Of a DNA stretch of 64,000 bases, positions 25,897-36,020 are shown one piece after another (position 1 is the stretch's first letter; every line of letters begins with the position of its first letter). Made by a program: the position numbers and the translations under genes. Location of the stretch: positions 5,024,001 to 5,088,000 of the forward strand of contig OY970368.1 in assembly GCA_963718615.1 (NCBI GenBank), in the 5' to 3' direction. This DNA is from an uncultured cyanobacterium (lineage in GTDB: Bacteria > Cyanobacteriota > Cyanobacteriia > PCC-9006 > JAAUQQ01). Below the pieces are notes generated by a model. That model was given only the letters and a program-made list of their open reading frames with translations, searched no databases and was not told the origin of the DNA.

Positions 25897-27819
25897 CTAG
25901 GGGCAATTCTTGTCTTTTGGGAAAAATATCAGTCTTGAGTTGCTAGTGATGTTGGCACATATATCTATGCGCAACAGAAGAGTATAAAAGAGATTGTACC
26001 CACGCATAAATTCTGGAGAAGGTATCACCTCATTAGGTATCCAAGGAGGCAACCCTGACAAACGGTACTCATGAGGGGTCACTAGCAGGTGACCTGGGAG
26101 ATGTCCCGTCGGCGCTGTGATGTCAAAACTCAATTTTTGATATAACTTCCAGCTTTTCCCTATGCCGAAAATGCCTTTATTGCACCAACCTACGTGGACA
26201 CCAAACTTTTCCCAGTTGCTATCGTATGTAGTCGGATAGCCGTAGTTAGACCAGATTTTGCATTGCACACTAAAGCCGAACTTGTTTTTGCTGTACTTTA
26301 CCCACAGACGATCGATGTTCTGTAAATCCAGGCATGGGAAATGCCTAATATCTTTAACTCGCAGCCAGCATTCTTTTTGCCGGTTCATCACTTTGCACAT
26401 GCGGTCAGCAGTTTCCGTGTCAGCAGCTTTCCAATCTTGAGCCGCAAGCAAATCGCGTAGTTTGGCATAGTAGTTCTCCCCAAATTGCTCTGAGCTTACA
26501 TCGTCTTTATCAAGCTGCTTTGATTTGACAGCCGCTTGGTTCTTTCGTTCTGCTTTGGCATGTTTCTGTCTTTCTGCCTCCCGTTGCCGTTGATCTACCG
26601 CTTGGGCGGCGGCTTGTCGTTGGCGCTCGGCTTCCGCTTCTCGTTGTTTTCGTGCGGCTTCCGCCTGTTCCTGGCGTTTGCGTTCAGCTTCTGCCTGCTG
26701 CTGGGCTTGGGCTTGCCGTTGGCGCTCCAGCTCAGCCACATATCCCGCTAAATCATAACCACCCAACGCCGCCCGCTCGATCGCGGCCACATCCTCCGGC
26801 TTCAGCCGTAGGTGGGCGCGATAGTCTTTCAAATCAGCAATGATGCGCGACCCCAAGGGTGATTCCTGCGCCAAGCACTGCCGCAGCGTCTCCTCGTAGT
26901 CCTGCCGCTTGCGCTGATACTCCCGATAGGGCTTCAGCACCTCCGCCTCAATCGCCTCCGCCTCCGCCCCAGCAATCTGTAGCTCCACCCGCAAGTTTAG
27001 GAGCAATCGCCGCGCCGGAATCGTAAATGCTCCCGATATCGCTCGACGCTCGACCTCCTTGCGATACTTCAGCTTCGGGTCATCCTGGGGAGACCGCGCC
27101 AGCCGAATCTGATACCCCTCCCCCTTGAGATGAATAATGTCAGGACTCATTACAGGCGAAGTCTCCCGAACCTTGCGCCCCGCATAGCGGTGCAGCTCAT
27201 CCACCGTGATCACCCCATCCCCATCGGCATCAGCGGCTCCACTGGCAATCCCCTCCACCAGGTAGCGGGTGTAGATCGACAACTCCTCGCCCTTTTCCTC
27301 AAAGGAATAATCCACCGCACTGGTCGAAGTCAGCACCACCCGACCCTCGGCCCCGAGCTGCTCCTTCAGATCAACTTCGCCATCATCCCGCGCCACCAGC
27401 TCCCCAAAGGCCCCGCTAAAGCAGCAGTCGAGAATCAGCACCTGATACTTGGCCTTACAACCGCGAATGCACTCATGGAGAAACCGTGCAGGGGTGGCCG
27501 TGGCGCGAATTAACTTATCACGCTGTTTTTCCGTATTCGCAGCGGCAAAGTAGAGATCGCGGCGATCGTCCTTCACCCCATGCCCCGAGAAGAACAACAG
27601 CACCAAATCCTCCGGCTGCCGATCCTGAAACCACAGCTCAATCTCCCGCGCCATCTCCGGCTGGGTGGGGTTAACCACAGATTTCGCTTCATCGAACCTA
27701 CCCATTTCCGGATTCAGCAACACCCGCCGCAACGCCGCCACATCCTGAGACGCAGCCGGTAACGGTTGCAACCCCTCGCCATAAGTATCAACGCCGATTA
27801 AGAGTGCATACTTTCCCAT
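25897..27819 (-). CDS. Caspase (EACC1-associated type) - coiled coil - GUN4 domain protein
   Basis: LFFSGHG and ILDCCFSG. C-terminal LRDLLAAQDWKAADTET...DRLWVKYS...FGFSVQ...APTGHLP (GUN4). Confidence 0.9.
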   Translation of the reverse strand: MGKYALLIGVDTYGEGLQPLPAASQDVAALRRVLLNPEMGRFDEAKSVVNPTQPEMAREIELWFQDRQPEDLVLLFFSGHGVKDDRRDLYFAAANTEKQRDKLIRATATPARFLHECIRGCKAKYQVLILDCCFSGAFGELVARDDGEVDLKEQLGAEGRVVLTSTSAVDYSFEEKGEELSIYTRYLVEGIASGAADADGDGVITVDELHRYAGRKVRETSPVMSPDIIHLKGEGYQIRLARSPQDDPKLKYRKEVERRAISGAFTIPARRLLLNLRVELQIAGAEAEAIEAEVLKPYREYQRKRQDYEETLRQCLAQESPLGSRIIADLKDYRAHLRLKPEDVAAIERAALGGYDLAGYVAELERQRQAQAQQQAEAERKRQEQAEAARKQREAEAERQRQAAAQAVDQRQREAERQKHAKAERKNQAAVKSKQLDKDDVSSEQFGENYYAKLRDLLAAQDWKAADTETADRMCKVMNRQKECWLRVKDIRHFPCLDLQNIDRLWVKYSKNKFGFSVQCKIWSNYGYPTTYDSNWEKFGVHVGWCNKGIFGIGKSWKLYQKLSFDITAPTGHLPGHLLVTPHEYRLSGLPPWIPNEVIPSPEFMRGYNLFYTLLLRIDICANITSNSRLIFFPKDKNCP

Positions 27820-27875
27820 GGAACTGGTTTCAAAGGCTACGGCTGCGGGTCAGGATGAGTTTGCTCAGACCAAGC

Positions 27876-28307
27876 CTACTCAGGCTTGTTTGGTCCAGAC
27901 GGGTTTTGCTGCTCCCGTATCTTAACCCGCAAGTTTGCCAACCGCTCAATCGTATCCGCCGCCTGATCCAACTCCTGTTTGTTGCGATACTCAATGTTGT
28001 AAGTCATATCGTCAATTTCGCCCGATAGCGTCAGGGTCTTGCCATAGCGCAAGTTTCCCAGGTAATCCATCAGCTTCCCTAGGTTCTCGCGGTTGATCTC
28101 GGTAGTCAGCACCCCCATCAGAAATGCTGCCGCCCCAGATTTAGCCGATTCTGGGATATCTTCCTCACGAGCTAGACGGGCGGATTGCACCAAGTCGCCA
28201 GACTCCAGTTCGTCGGCGATGGTCACTAAAAAGTTCTCTAACTCAGCGCGATCAAGGTCAAAACCGGCTTCGCTAAAATCGATTAAAAAAGAACGTGATT
28301 CGGACAT
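27876..28307 (-). CDS. EACC1-like partner of the downstream caspase
   Basis: Small gene directly upstream of the caspase, with PESAKSG + hydrophobic segment + beta-rich tail. Confidence 0.65.
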   Translation of the reverse strand: MSESRSFLIDFSEAGFDLDRAELENFLVTIADELESGDLVQSARLAREEDIPESAKSGAAAFLMGVLTTEINRENLGKLMDYLGNLRYGKTLTLSGEIDDMTYNIEYRNKQELDQAADTIERLANLRVKIREQQNPSGPNKPE

Positions 28308-28418
28308 GGCGGCTGATCCGTAGGCTAACGCTCAGCCCATCATAATGGAAGTTCATGCTGGGAATATGCGCAGTGGTGCATGGCAATCAACAGATCAATT
28401 GTGCCGATCTCGTCGAAC

Positions 28419-28710
28419 TCACGCTAGGTAGGCTTCCAGCCGATCGCCCTGCAAATCCGCCAACGAAACCCAAATCACCAACGAATCTGGAAAATTCTGA
28501 ATCAGCCACTGCCCCACCTGTTGCAGCAGCGTCGTTTTCCCCGCCCCCGGTTCACCAATAATCGCAATTCGCCTACCCTGGCTCTTCGGACTTTCCCCTC
28601 GGCCCAAAACCTCCGTCAGAAATTCATCATGCTCACACTGCTTCGTAACCTCCACCAGTTCCCGTTCTGTCTTCTGAGCATCTCGCCCTGGACCTTCTCG
28701 ATAAAGCCGC
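28419..28710 (-). pseudogene. NACHT NTPase fragment
   Basis: IAIIGEPGAGKTTLLQ...IWVSLADL, terminating right after. Confidence 0.75.
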
Positions 28711-28825
28711 GATCCTAAAACTGAAGAGGTTCATCCTTGGCCGCGATAATAGATGCAATTAGCTCCTGCCTTAAAGCAGCGATCGAGTCCTTGAGCGCAA
28801 TGCGATTGGGTCCACCTCAAACAAA

Positions 28826-29236
28826 GTTGTACTACGGACCATTGATGCGTTAGGTCAGGTGCAAGGTAGGATTCCCGATATCAGCGTCATTGCTAAGGAA
28901 CAATGGGATGCCAACCCTTCATCCTATGCTGCATTCATCGATCCAATTCAGCTTGCCGTCGAGGTCGTTTCGACCCATTGGGAGGATGACTATGTGGATA
29001 AACTCGATGAATATCAACGTCTTCAAATCCAGGAATATTGGATTGTGGATTATTTGACCCATGGATCACGGGCCTATTTGGGTAACCCCAAGATTCCAAC
29101 CGTTTTTGTTCATCTTCTGAACGCTGAGGGAAAGTACGAAATGAAGCGCTATCAGAGGGACGAGGTGATTCAATCCGCAACCTTTCCGAATTTACAGTTG
29201 ACAGCCCATCAGGTCTTGTCGGGAGAGTTGGGCTAA
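28826..29236 (+). pseudogene. Uma2-family protein lacking its N-terminus
   Basis: GRIPDISV, LAVEVVST-x-WEDDY-x-DKLDEY, EYWIVD. No N-terminal half upstream. Confidence 0.75.
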
Positions 29237-29286
29237 AAAGACCGTTTTCCAAGTCAAATTTGATTGCGATCGCTCCCATCAAAAAT

Positions 29287-29577
29287 CTACTTTCTGCCTC
29301 GTGTCTTCCAGGCAAACACCGCAATACCCAACACACAAAGCCCCTTCCAGACCAACAGCCACCAAGGCTTCCACCAGCCTCCGGTTTCAATCTCAACCCA
29401 ATCCGAGATTCCGAAAACTAGAAACGTAAGACTCCCAAATCCCAGCCAGCGCGCTAAGCCAGCATTCGCTTGCTTGATTTTCCAGGCATAGCGCGCCGCA
29501 AAGAGAAACCAAACCAACGCCTCAGCTTGGTTGCCATAACGAAATAATTTTTCAAAGGTGTCTGGGGTGATTGCCAT
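29287..29577 (-). CDS. Small membrane protein
   Basis: N-x2-EALVW, FGISDWVEI-x-TGGWWKPWWLLVWKG, 3 TM segments. Confidence 0.75.
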   Translation of the reverse strand: MAITPDTFEKLFRYGNQAEALVWFLFAARYAWKIKQANAGLARWLGFGSLTFLVFGISDWVEIETGGWWKPWWLLVWKGLCVLGIAVFAWKTRGRK

Positions 29578-29675
29578 TCTCTATGCCTCTCGCCAAAAGT
29601 GGATCGATTGCGAGGCGATCGCCCAAACAAGCTAGGCTCAAAGAGCTCACCTCACCCATTGTCATCACGTTTCCT

Positions 29676-30914
29676 ATGGTTTCTCCTCGGGTCATCGTTA
29701 TTGGCGGCGGGGCAGCGGGGTTCTTTGGGGCGATCGCCTGCGCCGAAACCAACCCCAGCGCCCGCATCACACTGCTTGAAGCCGGTCGTCAGCCCCTCGC
29801 CAAGGTGCGAATCTCTGGCGGAGGTCGCTGCAATGTCACCCATGCCTGTTTTGATCCGGCAGAGCTCGTCACCCATTATCCCCGAGGCGGTCGTGCCCTG
29901 CGGGGGCCATTTAGCCGGTTTCAGCCGGGGGATACGGTGGCTTGGTTTGAGAACCGGGGAATCGCGCTCAAAACGGAGGCGGATGGGCGCATGTTTCCCA
30001 CCACCGATGATTCAGAAACCATCGTAGATTGTCTCCAGCAGGCGGTGCGACGCCATGGCATTGAATTGCTGACGGGAACGCCCGTGGTGGCGGTAGAGTC
30101 CTTAGGTTCCGCAGAAGCTCCCGCCTTTCGGGTCCAGGTGAAGGGGGGCGGGGAATTTCGGGGCGATCGCCTCCTCCTCGCCACCGGCAGCAGCCCCCAA
30201 GGACACCGCATGGCCCAGCACCTAGGACACAGCATTACGCCCCTAGCCCCTTCGTTATTTACGTTTAATCTTGCCGATTCTGCCATCCATCAGCTCGCCG
30301 GGGTTTCTCTGCCGCAAGCCCAGCTCAAACTCCTAGCGGAAGGAAAAGGATTTGAACAGACTGGCCCATTGTTAATCACCCATTGGGGATTGAGCGGACC
30401 AGCGGTTTTGAAGCTTTCGGCTTGGGCAGCGCGGGAACTTCAAAGCAGTCGATATCGGGCACAGGTTTGGATCAATTGGCTACCGGGGCTGAAGCCTGAG
30501 GGGGTGCGGGCGCGGTTGGAGGAAGGTCGATCCCAAGCCCCCCGCAAACAGCTTTCTAACTATCGTCCCGTGGAATTACCCCAACGGCTGTGGGACTACC
30601 TCTTACAGCGAGCAGACCTTGATCCCACGATTCGCTGGGCCGATCTCTCAAAAAAAGCAGTCAACCGGCTGATCACAGAACTGAACCAGGGAGAATACGC
30701 TATCAGCGGCAAAGGAGTGTTCAAGGACGAATTTGTCACCTGCGGCGGAATCAGCCTCAAGGAGGTCAATTTCAAGACCCTAGAAAGCCGCCTCTGTCCC
30801 GGACTCCATTTTGCCGGCGAAGTTTTGGACATCGATGGCGTCACGGGTGGATTTAATTTTCAAAACGCTTGGACCACAGCGTATCTAGCTGGGCAATCTA
30901 TGGCTATAGCTTAG
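29676..30914 (+). CDS. HI0933/YhiN-family flavoprotein oxidoreductase
   Basis: IGGGAAG, KVRISGGGRCNVT, LITHWGLSGP, GEVLDIDGVTGGFNFQ. Confidence 0.93.
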   Translation: MVSPRVIVIGGGAAGFFGAIACAETNPSARITLLEAGRQPLAKVRISGGGRCNVTHACFDPAELVTHYPRGGRALRGPFSRFQPGDTVAWFENRGIALKTEADGRMFPTTDDSETIVDCLQQAVRRHGIELLTGTPVVAVESLGSAEAPAFRVQVKGGGEFRGDRLLLATGSSPQGHRMAQHLGHSITPLAPSLFTFNLADSAIHQLAGVSLPQAQLKLLAEGKGFEQTGPLLITHWGLSGPAVLKLSAWAARELQSSRYRAQVWINWLPGLKPEGVRARLEEGRSQAPRKQLSNYRPVELPQRLWDYLLQRADLDPTIRWADLSKKAVNRLITELNQGEYAISGKGVFKDEFVTCGGISLKEVNFKTLESRLCPGLHFAGEVLDIDGVTGGFNFQNAWTTAYLAGQSMAIA

Positions 30915-31024
30915 TGCCTGACCCCGCAGCTTGCTGAGGACATTACCCCCCTAGCGACCTTACGGAGGTGAGGTAAAAATGCTACACATCCACACGGACA
31001 ATCGCCCTCCTCTTTCCTCCTGCC

Positions 31025-32806
31025 ATGGCTACTTCGACAGCAGCTCGCCTCGCACCCGGCATGCGCTTGCGTCAGCGATATCTGATCCAAGAAGTGCAGC
31101 GCCAGACCCGTTTGTCTTGCACTTACTTGGCCTTGGACCAAGAGCGCAGCAACCGACCCTGTTTGCTGACGGAGTTTCCCATTCAAACCCGTGAGGCATC
31201 GGTTCAAGAGGCATTGCTTCAAGCCTTTCGGCAAGCCGCAACCCCCCTGTTTCAGCTCCAGCATCCGCAACTTCCCCATTTCTCAGCTGCATTTCGCTAC
31301 AAACGCAGTTTGTTTTTGGTCCAGAGCCACACGGAAGGCGTCTCCTATCGGGCGTTACTACAGGCCCGACAAAAACGGGGCAAAGCCCTCACCGAACCGG
31401 AAGTTTTGCATTGTTTAACCCAGATCATTCCGGTCTTGAGCGAATTACATCGACGGGGAATTTTTCATTGCAAACTCTCACCGGATACGATTTTGTTGCC
31501 GATCGAACCTCCCCGTTCCCTCGACGAGGTCCATCGCGTCCTCAAACATGAAGCACCTTTGATGGTGGGCTTGGGCGCAATTGAGCAATTGGCGCAGCAA
31601 CTCTTGCAACTGCAACATCCAGAACGCAGCTTAGACTTTCCCCCCATTGGTCAAGCGGGTTACGCGCCCCCAGAACAGCTCCATACCGGTCGCCTGTTTC
31701 CCCATAGCGATCTTTACGCCTTGGGCGTGACGGCGTTGGTGTTGCTGACAGGTCGGGATCCTCAGGATTTGCTCGATAGCCAAACCCTATCCTGGTGCTG
31801 GCAACCATACGTAACCCTCAGTCCCGAATTTGAAGCGGTGCTGCTGCGTCTGCTGGCCTGGAAGCCGGGCGATCGCTACCCCCACGCAGACGCGGCCCTC
31901 AAAGAGATCCAAAAAGCTGCCCACCACGCCAATCTGCAAACCCTCCTGATGTTTAAAAAACCCTCCCAGCGCCGCTCTCGATTACCCATCCCCCTCCAGC
32001 AAGCCAGCGCCGAGTCTCTCTTTCCTAGAGTCGCTCAACCGGGTTTCAAACCCCGCATTAGCCCTGGTATTAAACCCTGGGAACTGACCATCGGCATTGG
32101 GGTAAGTGCGACAGCGGCGATCGCCGGGGCTCTCTTTCTCACGGCCCCCTTGGGGTCGTTTCAGGCTCTGACAACGGATCGACTGAGTTGGATGCAGGTG
32201 ATGGTAGAGCATACCTTCGGGTCTAGGCAGCAGCCATCAAGCCCGCACCTAGCCCAATCCCCCGGCTTCTTCCAGCACCGTCGGGGCCAAACCGCAGCCA
32301 AAGGGTCATCATCCGCATCATCTCCCGCACCTCAGCTCGATTTTGCTGATCCCATGATTGCTTCACCCGATGCGTTTATGCCATCCTCCCAGAGCACGTC
32401 CTTCAGCTTGGTTTCTTCGGTGGAAGACATTCCGGTTCCCATTTATTTCAGCGCTGACAGTCATTCCCAAACACTATCCGGCACACTGTACGAACTGCCC
32501 AGTCAGTCCTATTTAGTCGTGGCTCAACCCGGCCAACGCCTTGCCGTTCGAGTCGAAGGACTCGATGCCACCGTGACGGTTCTGGATAGCCAGGGTCAAG
32601 TGATCAATTCTGCTGCCGAAGCCACTCAGCGCTGGGCCGGAGCCTTGCCAGGGAATCAAACCCCAGAACAGACGAAAAATGTTGCGGGAGGCCCGGTAGG
32701 GAACAACAGCGGAGAAGATTGGGCGCGCGATCGCTACTTCATCCGAGTCAGCGGCAGCGGCGAATATCAGCTCAGTGTTCGTCTACAACCCCTCAAATCC
32801 CGTTAA
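31025..32806 (+). CDS. Hanks-type Ser/Thr kinase homolog with degenerate catalytic motifs, TM and C-terminal beta domain
   Basis: GYAPPEQ and SDLYALG retained. Catalytic K, HRD and DFG replaced (LLTE, HCK, VGLG). Confidence 0.8.
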   Translation: MATSTAARLAPGMRLRQRYLIQEVQRQTRLSCTYLALDQERSNRPCLLTEFPIQTREASVQEALLQAFRQAATPLFQLQHPQLPHFSAAFRYKRSLFLVQSHTEGVSYRALLQARQKRGKALTEPEVLHCLTQIIPVLSELHRRGIFHCKLSPDTILLPIEPPRSLDEVHRVLKHEAPLMVGLGAIEQLAQQLLQLQHPERSLDFPPIGQAGYAPPEQLHTGRLFPHSDLYALGVTALVLLTGRDPQDLLDSQTLSWCWQPYVTLSPEFEAVLLRLLAWKPGDRYPHADAALKEIQKAAHHANLQTLLMFKKPSQRRSRLPIPLQQASAESLFPRVAQPGFKPRISPGIKPWELTIGIGVSATAAIAGALFLTAPLGSFQALTTDRLSWMQVMVEHTFGSRQQPSSPHLAQSPGFFQHRRGQTAAKGSSSASSPAPQLDFADPMIASPDAFMPSSQSTSFSLVSSVEDIPVPIYFSADSHSQTLSGTLYELPSQSYLVVAQPGQRLAVRVEGLDATVTVLDSQGQVINSAAEATQRWAGALPGNQTPEQTKNVAGGPVGNNSGEDWARDRYFIRVSGSGEYQLSVRLQPLKSR

Positions 32807-32831
32807 ACCCATCACTCCATCACTCCATCCC

Positions 32832-33461
32832 CTAACTCTCCAACTCCGAAATATCAATCCCCACAATATCCTCTCGCTCCCCCAACGCATCCAAGTCCGA
32901 ATTCCCCGCGTCAACCTGTTCCTCCGGCAACAAATTCAGCCGAGGCCGCTGCACCACATAGGGCAAGGCAGCTCCTCGCAACCCTCGCAACACCCGAATC
33001 GGCGTATCATCAAACAGCAAAAATAGCGGCAGCACATCCTCCGCCCCATCGCTGAGCAAATGCTTATAGCGAGGGGGTAAAACCCATTCATAGTCGTTAC
33101 TCAACAACACTTGGGTTTTGCGCCAACGTCCCAGCAAATCCGAAAAATCCTCGCCAGGACGATAGATAAAAATAAAAATTTCGACCCCGGTTTTAATCTT
33201 CCATTCGGGGTCACACATCAAAATGCCAATGTCGCAAGGCAACTCCACCACCTGCTGACGATAGCGATTGACCCCCACCGCCGCTTCTTCAATGCGCAAC
33301 CGAATCAGCGGGAGAGGCACACTAATCAAACTCTCTCCCGGTCGGCGCATGCTGGGGAGCATTTCCAGGTAGGGACGGAACTGTTTGAGCAGTTCGATTA
33401 GGGCATGGCGATCGCTATACTCCGCCAGCAGCGCCTCATAGTGGGCAGGATTCAGGGACAT
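32832..33461 (-). CDS. Conserved cyanobacterial hypothetical protein downstream of pilC
   Basis: YRPYLE-like, LMCDPEWKIK, LL-x-RWR-x-TQ motifs. 3-nt gap to pilC. Confidence 0.8.
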   Translation of the reverse strand: MSLNPAHYEALLAEYSDRHALIELLKQFRPYLEMLPSMRRPGESLISVPLPLIRLRIEEAAVGVNRYRQQVVELPCDIGILMCDPEWKIKTGVEIFIFIYRPGEDFSDLLGRWRKTQVLLSNDYEWVLPPRYKHLLSDGAEDVLPLFLLFDDTPIRVLRGLRGAALPYVVQRPRLNLLPEEQVDAGNSDLDALGEREDIVGIDISELES

Positions 33462-33464
33462 GAT

Positions 33465-34694
33465 TTAGCCCATGGTATCGAAGACCTTGAACATCGGTAG
33501 ATACATGGAGAGGAGAATCGTACCAACCATGCCGCCAACCACCACAATCATCATGGGCTCCAGAATACTCGTCATGGCTTTTACCGCCTGCTCCACTTCA
33601 TCCTCATAAAAATCGGCCACTTTCATCAACATCGCATCTAGTTCACCGGTTTCCTCACCAATCATCATCATTTGCAGCGCCATCGTAGGAAAGGCCTTTT
33701 CCTGAGCCAAAGCAGAACTGATCATGCCACCGCTTTGGACCTCAATGCGAGCATTATCAATGGTGTCGGCAATCACTTGGTTACCGGAAGTATCTCGAAC
33801 AATTTCCAGAGAGGTTAGAATTGGCACCCCTGCTCGGGTTAAGGCACCAAAGGTTCTGGAGAAACGCGCCACAGAGTTTTTCTGAATCAAATCACCAAAT
33901 AAAGGCACATTCAGCGAAAGGCGATCGACGGTCTTCCGACCCACAGGGGTTTTGTAATACTGTTTGAAGGCAAAGACCGCACCGACGATCACGCCAAACA
34001 TCAACAGGATATTGAGCGGTTGTCTCAAAAATCCACTAATCCCCAACATAATCCGCGTAAATAGCGGCAGTTCAGTCCCCAAGGTTGCAAAAATTTCAGC
34101 AAAAATCGGAATGAGAAAAATCGTCAACCCGAGAAAGACTAATAAAGCAAACGAACCAACCGTGACCGGATAGGTCATGGCGGATTTAATTTGGTTCTGC
34201 AACCGGGCCGTATCTTCCAACAATTTTGAAAGACGGGCGAGGACTTCGTCTAAAACGCCGCCGATTTCCCCGGCTTGGATCATGGCGATGTAGAGGCGAT
34301 CGAAACATTGGGGAAACTTTCGCATAGACTCCGACATATTGGAGCCCTGTTGCACATCTTCACTCAGCGCCTCTAGGGCTTTCTTCAGCTTGGGATTGGC
34401 ACATTGCTCTGAGAGGATGCCGAGCGATCGCACAATCGGCACCCCCGCATTGACCATCACCGAGAGCTGCCGCGAAAAGACGGCCTTATCTTTAACCGTC
34501 ACCTTGGCCATCGCTTCGCTCAGGTTAAATTTACCTAAGCTTTCGAGGTCAAAGCCCTGGGACTCAGTCAAGTCCTGAACGAATAGCCCTTGATCCCGCA
34601 ACAACGCACGGGCATCACGGGCATTAGGAGCCTCAACTTTGCGCTTGCTAATTTGTCCCTGACCATCGCGAATCTGTGCAACGTAAGTCGCCAT
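33465..34694 (-). CDS. pilC: Type IV pilus platform protein
   Basis: Two T2SSF domains: FSRQL..M..AGVP, AGEIGG.L, GEETGELD. Confidence 0.95.
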   Translation of the reverse strand: MATYVAQIRDGQGQISKRKVEAPNARDARALLRDQGLFVQDLTESQGFDLESLGKFNLSEAMAKVTVKDKAVFSRQLSVMVNAGVPIVRSLGILSEQCANPKLKKALEALSEDVQQGSNMSESMRKFPQCFDRLYIAMIQAGEIGGVLDEVLARLSKLLEDTARLQNQIKSAMTYPVTVGSFALLVFLGLTIFLIPIFAEIFATLGTELPLFTRIMLGISGFLRQPLNILLMFGVIVGAVFAFKQYYKTPVGRKTVDRLSLNVPLFGDLIQKNSVARFSRTFGALTRAGVPILTSLEIVRDTSGNQVIADTIDNARIEVQSGGMISSALAQEKAFPTMALQMMMIGEETGELDAMLMKVADFYEDEVEQAVKAMTSILEPMMIVVVGGMVGTILLSMYLPMFKVFDTMG

Positions 34695-34822
34695 TTCTGC
34701 TCTCCTCGTCAGCGAAGCCTAGTCATACCGTGGACAGAACGCTAAGAAACCCAAAGATTTCCTGGCCCTCTGGAAGAAGTTGGCCCTATCTTAGGGGAAC
34801 TGGGGAAGAATCGGTTAAAATC

Positions 34823-35950
34823 TCATCGACGCACCGCCGGGGGACGCCCTCCCATCGCACCGGCCATATTAGGATTGCCGATTAAACGCTGGAGTTCATC
34901 TGGTTTTGAGGTCTTCGACATGGCCGCCTCAAAGGAAATATCTCCAGATTTATAGAGATTGGCCAAGGCCGTTTCGAGGGTTTCCATGCCCAGCTTTGCG
35001 CCAGTCTGGATTTGCGAATAAATCTGGGCCGTCTTGCCCTCGCGAATCAGGTTAGAAATTGCAGGGGTAATAACCATAATTTCCTGGGCCATCACCCGGC
35101 CAAATTCACCGGGTTTAGGATTCATCTTGGACACCAAGGTTTGGCTAAAGACCGCCACCAGGGAGTTGGAGAGCTGCACCCGCACCTGAGTTTGCTTATC
35201 CGAGGGGAACACGTCGATGATCCGGTCGATGGTCTGAGCCGCAGAACTGGTGTGCAGGGTTCCCATCACCAAGTGACCGGTTTCCGCTGCCGTAATGGCC
35301 AGGTGAATGGTCTCAAGGTCCCGCATCTCACCCACCAGGATGATGTCCGGATCTTCCCGCAAGGCCGACTTCAGCGCATTGGCAAAGCTCTTAGTATCTT
35401 CCCCGAGCTGCCGCTGGTGGATGACGCTCTTGATCGGTTCGTAGACAAATTCAATCGGATCTTCAACGGTCAAAATATGCTCAGCTCGGGTGCGGTTGAT
35501 CAAATCAATCATCGCCGCCAAGGTGGTGGTTTTTCCGGAGCCGGTGGGACCCGTCACCAGGATGAGCCCCCTCGGTTTTTCTGCCATTTCCCGCACCACA
35601 TCTGGCAATCCCAACGACTCAAAGCTCGGAATCTTAGAGCTGAGGGCTCGCAAGCAAGCCGCATAGGTACCGCGATCTTTATAAACATTCACCCGGAAAC
35701 GCGCCAATCCCTTCACCCCGTAGGAGCAGTCTAGTTCCCAGGTTTGTTCAAGGGTTTTCCGTTGGGTGTTGTTGAGCATGCTGAAAATTAGCCGCTGGCA
35801 TTCTTCGGAGGTCATGGGCTCATTGCCAATGGGCGTCAGCTTCCCGCTAATCCGAAAGTAAGGGGGTAAGCCCGCAGAGAGGTGCATGTCGGATCCCCCC
35901 ATCTCCACAAGCTGTTCCATCAAGTCCTCAATCATGAAGTCCATGGCCAT
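34823..35950 (-). CDS. pilT: Type IV pilus retraction ATPase
   Basis: GPTGSGKTT, ALREDPD, AAETGH, AISNLIRE. Confidence 0.96.
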   Translation of the reverse strand: MAMDFMIEDLMEQLVEMGGSDMHLSAGLPPYFRISGKLTPIGNEPMTSEECQRLIFSMLNNTQRKTLEQTWELDCSYGVKGLARFRVNVYKDRGTYAACLRALSSKIPSFESLGLPDVVREMAEKPRGLILVTGPTGSGKTTTLAAMIDLINRTRAEHILTVEDPIEFVYEPIKSVIHQRQLGEDTKSFANALKSALREDPDIILVGEMRDLETIHLAITAAETGHLVMGTLHTSSAAQTIDRIIDVFPSDKQTQVRVQLSNSLVAVFSQTLVSKMNPKPGEFGRVMAQEIMVITPAISNLIREGKTAQIYSQIQTGAKLGMETLETALANLYKSGDISFEAAMSKTSKPDELQRLIGNPNMAGAMGGRPPAVRR

Positions 35951-36020
35951 GGCTGAAAATCTCCTGGTGATAAAAGAAAGGTTTTAAATTGAACCTAGCG
36001 ATTGAACCTGGCTATTAAAC

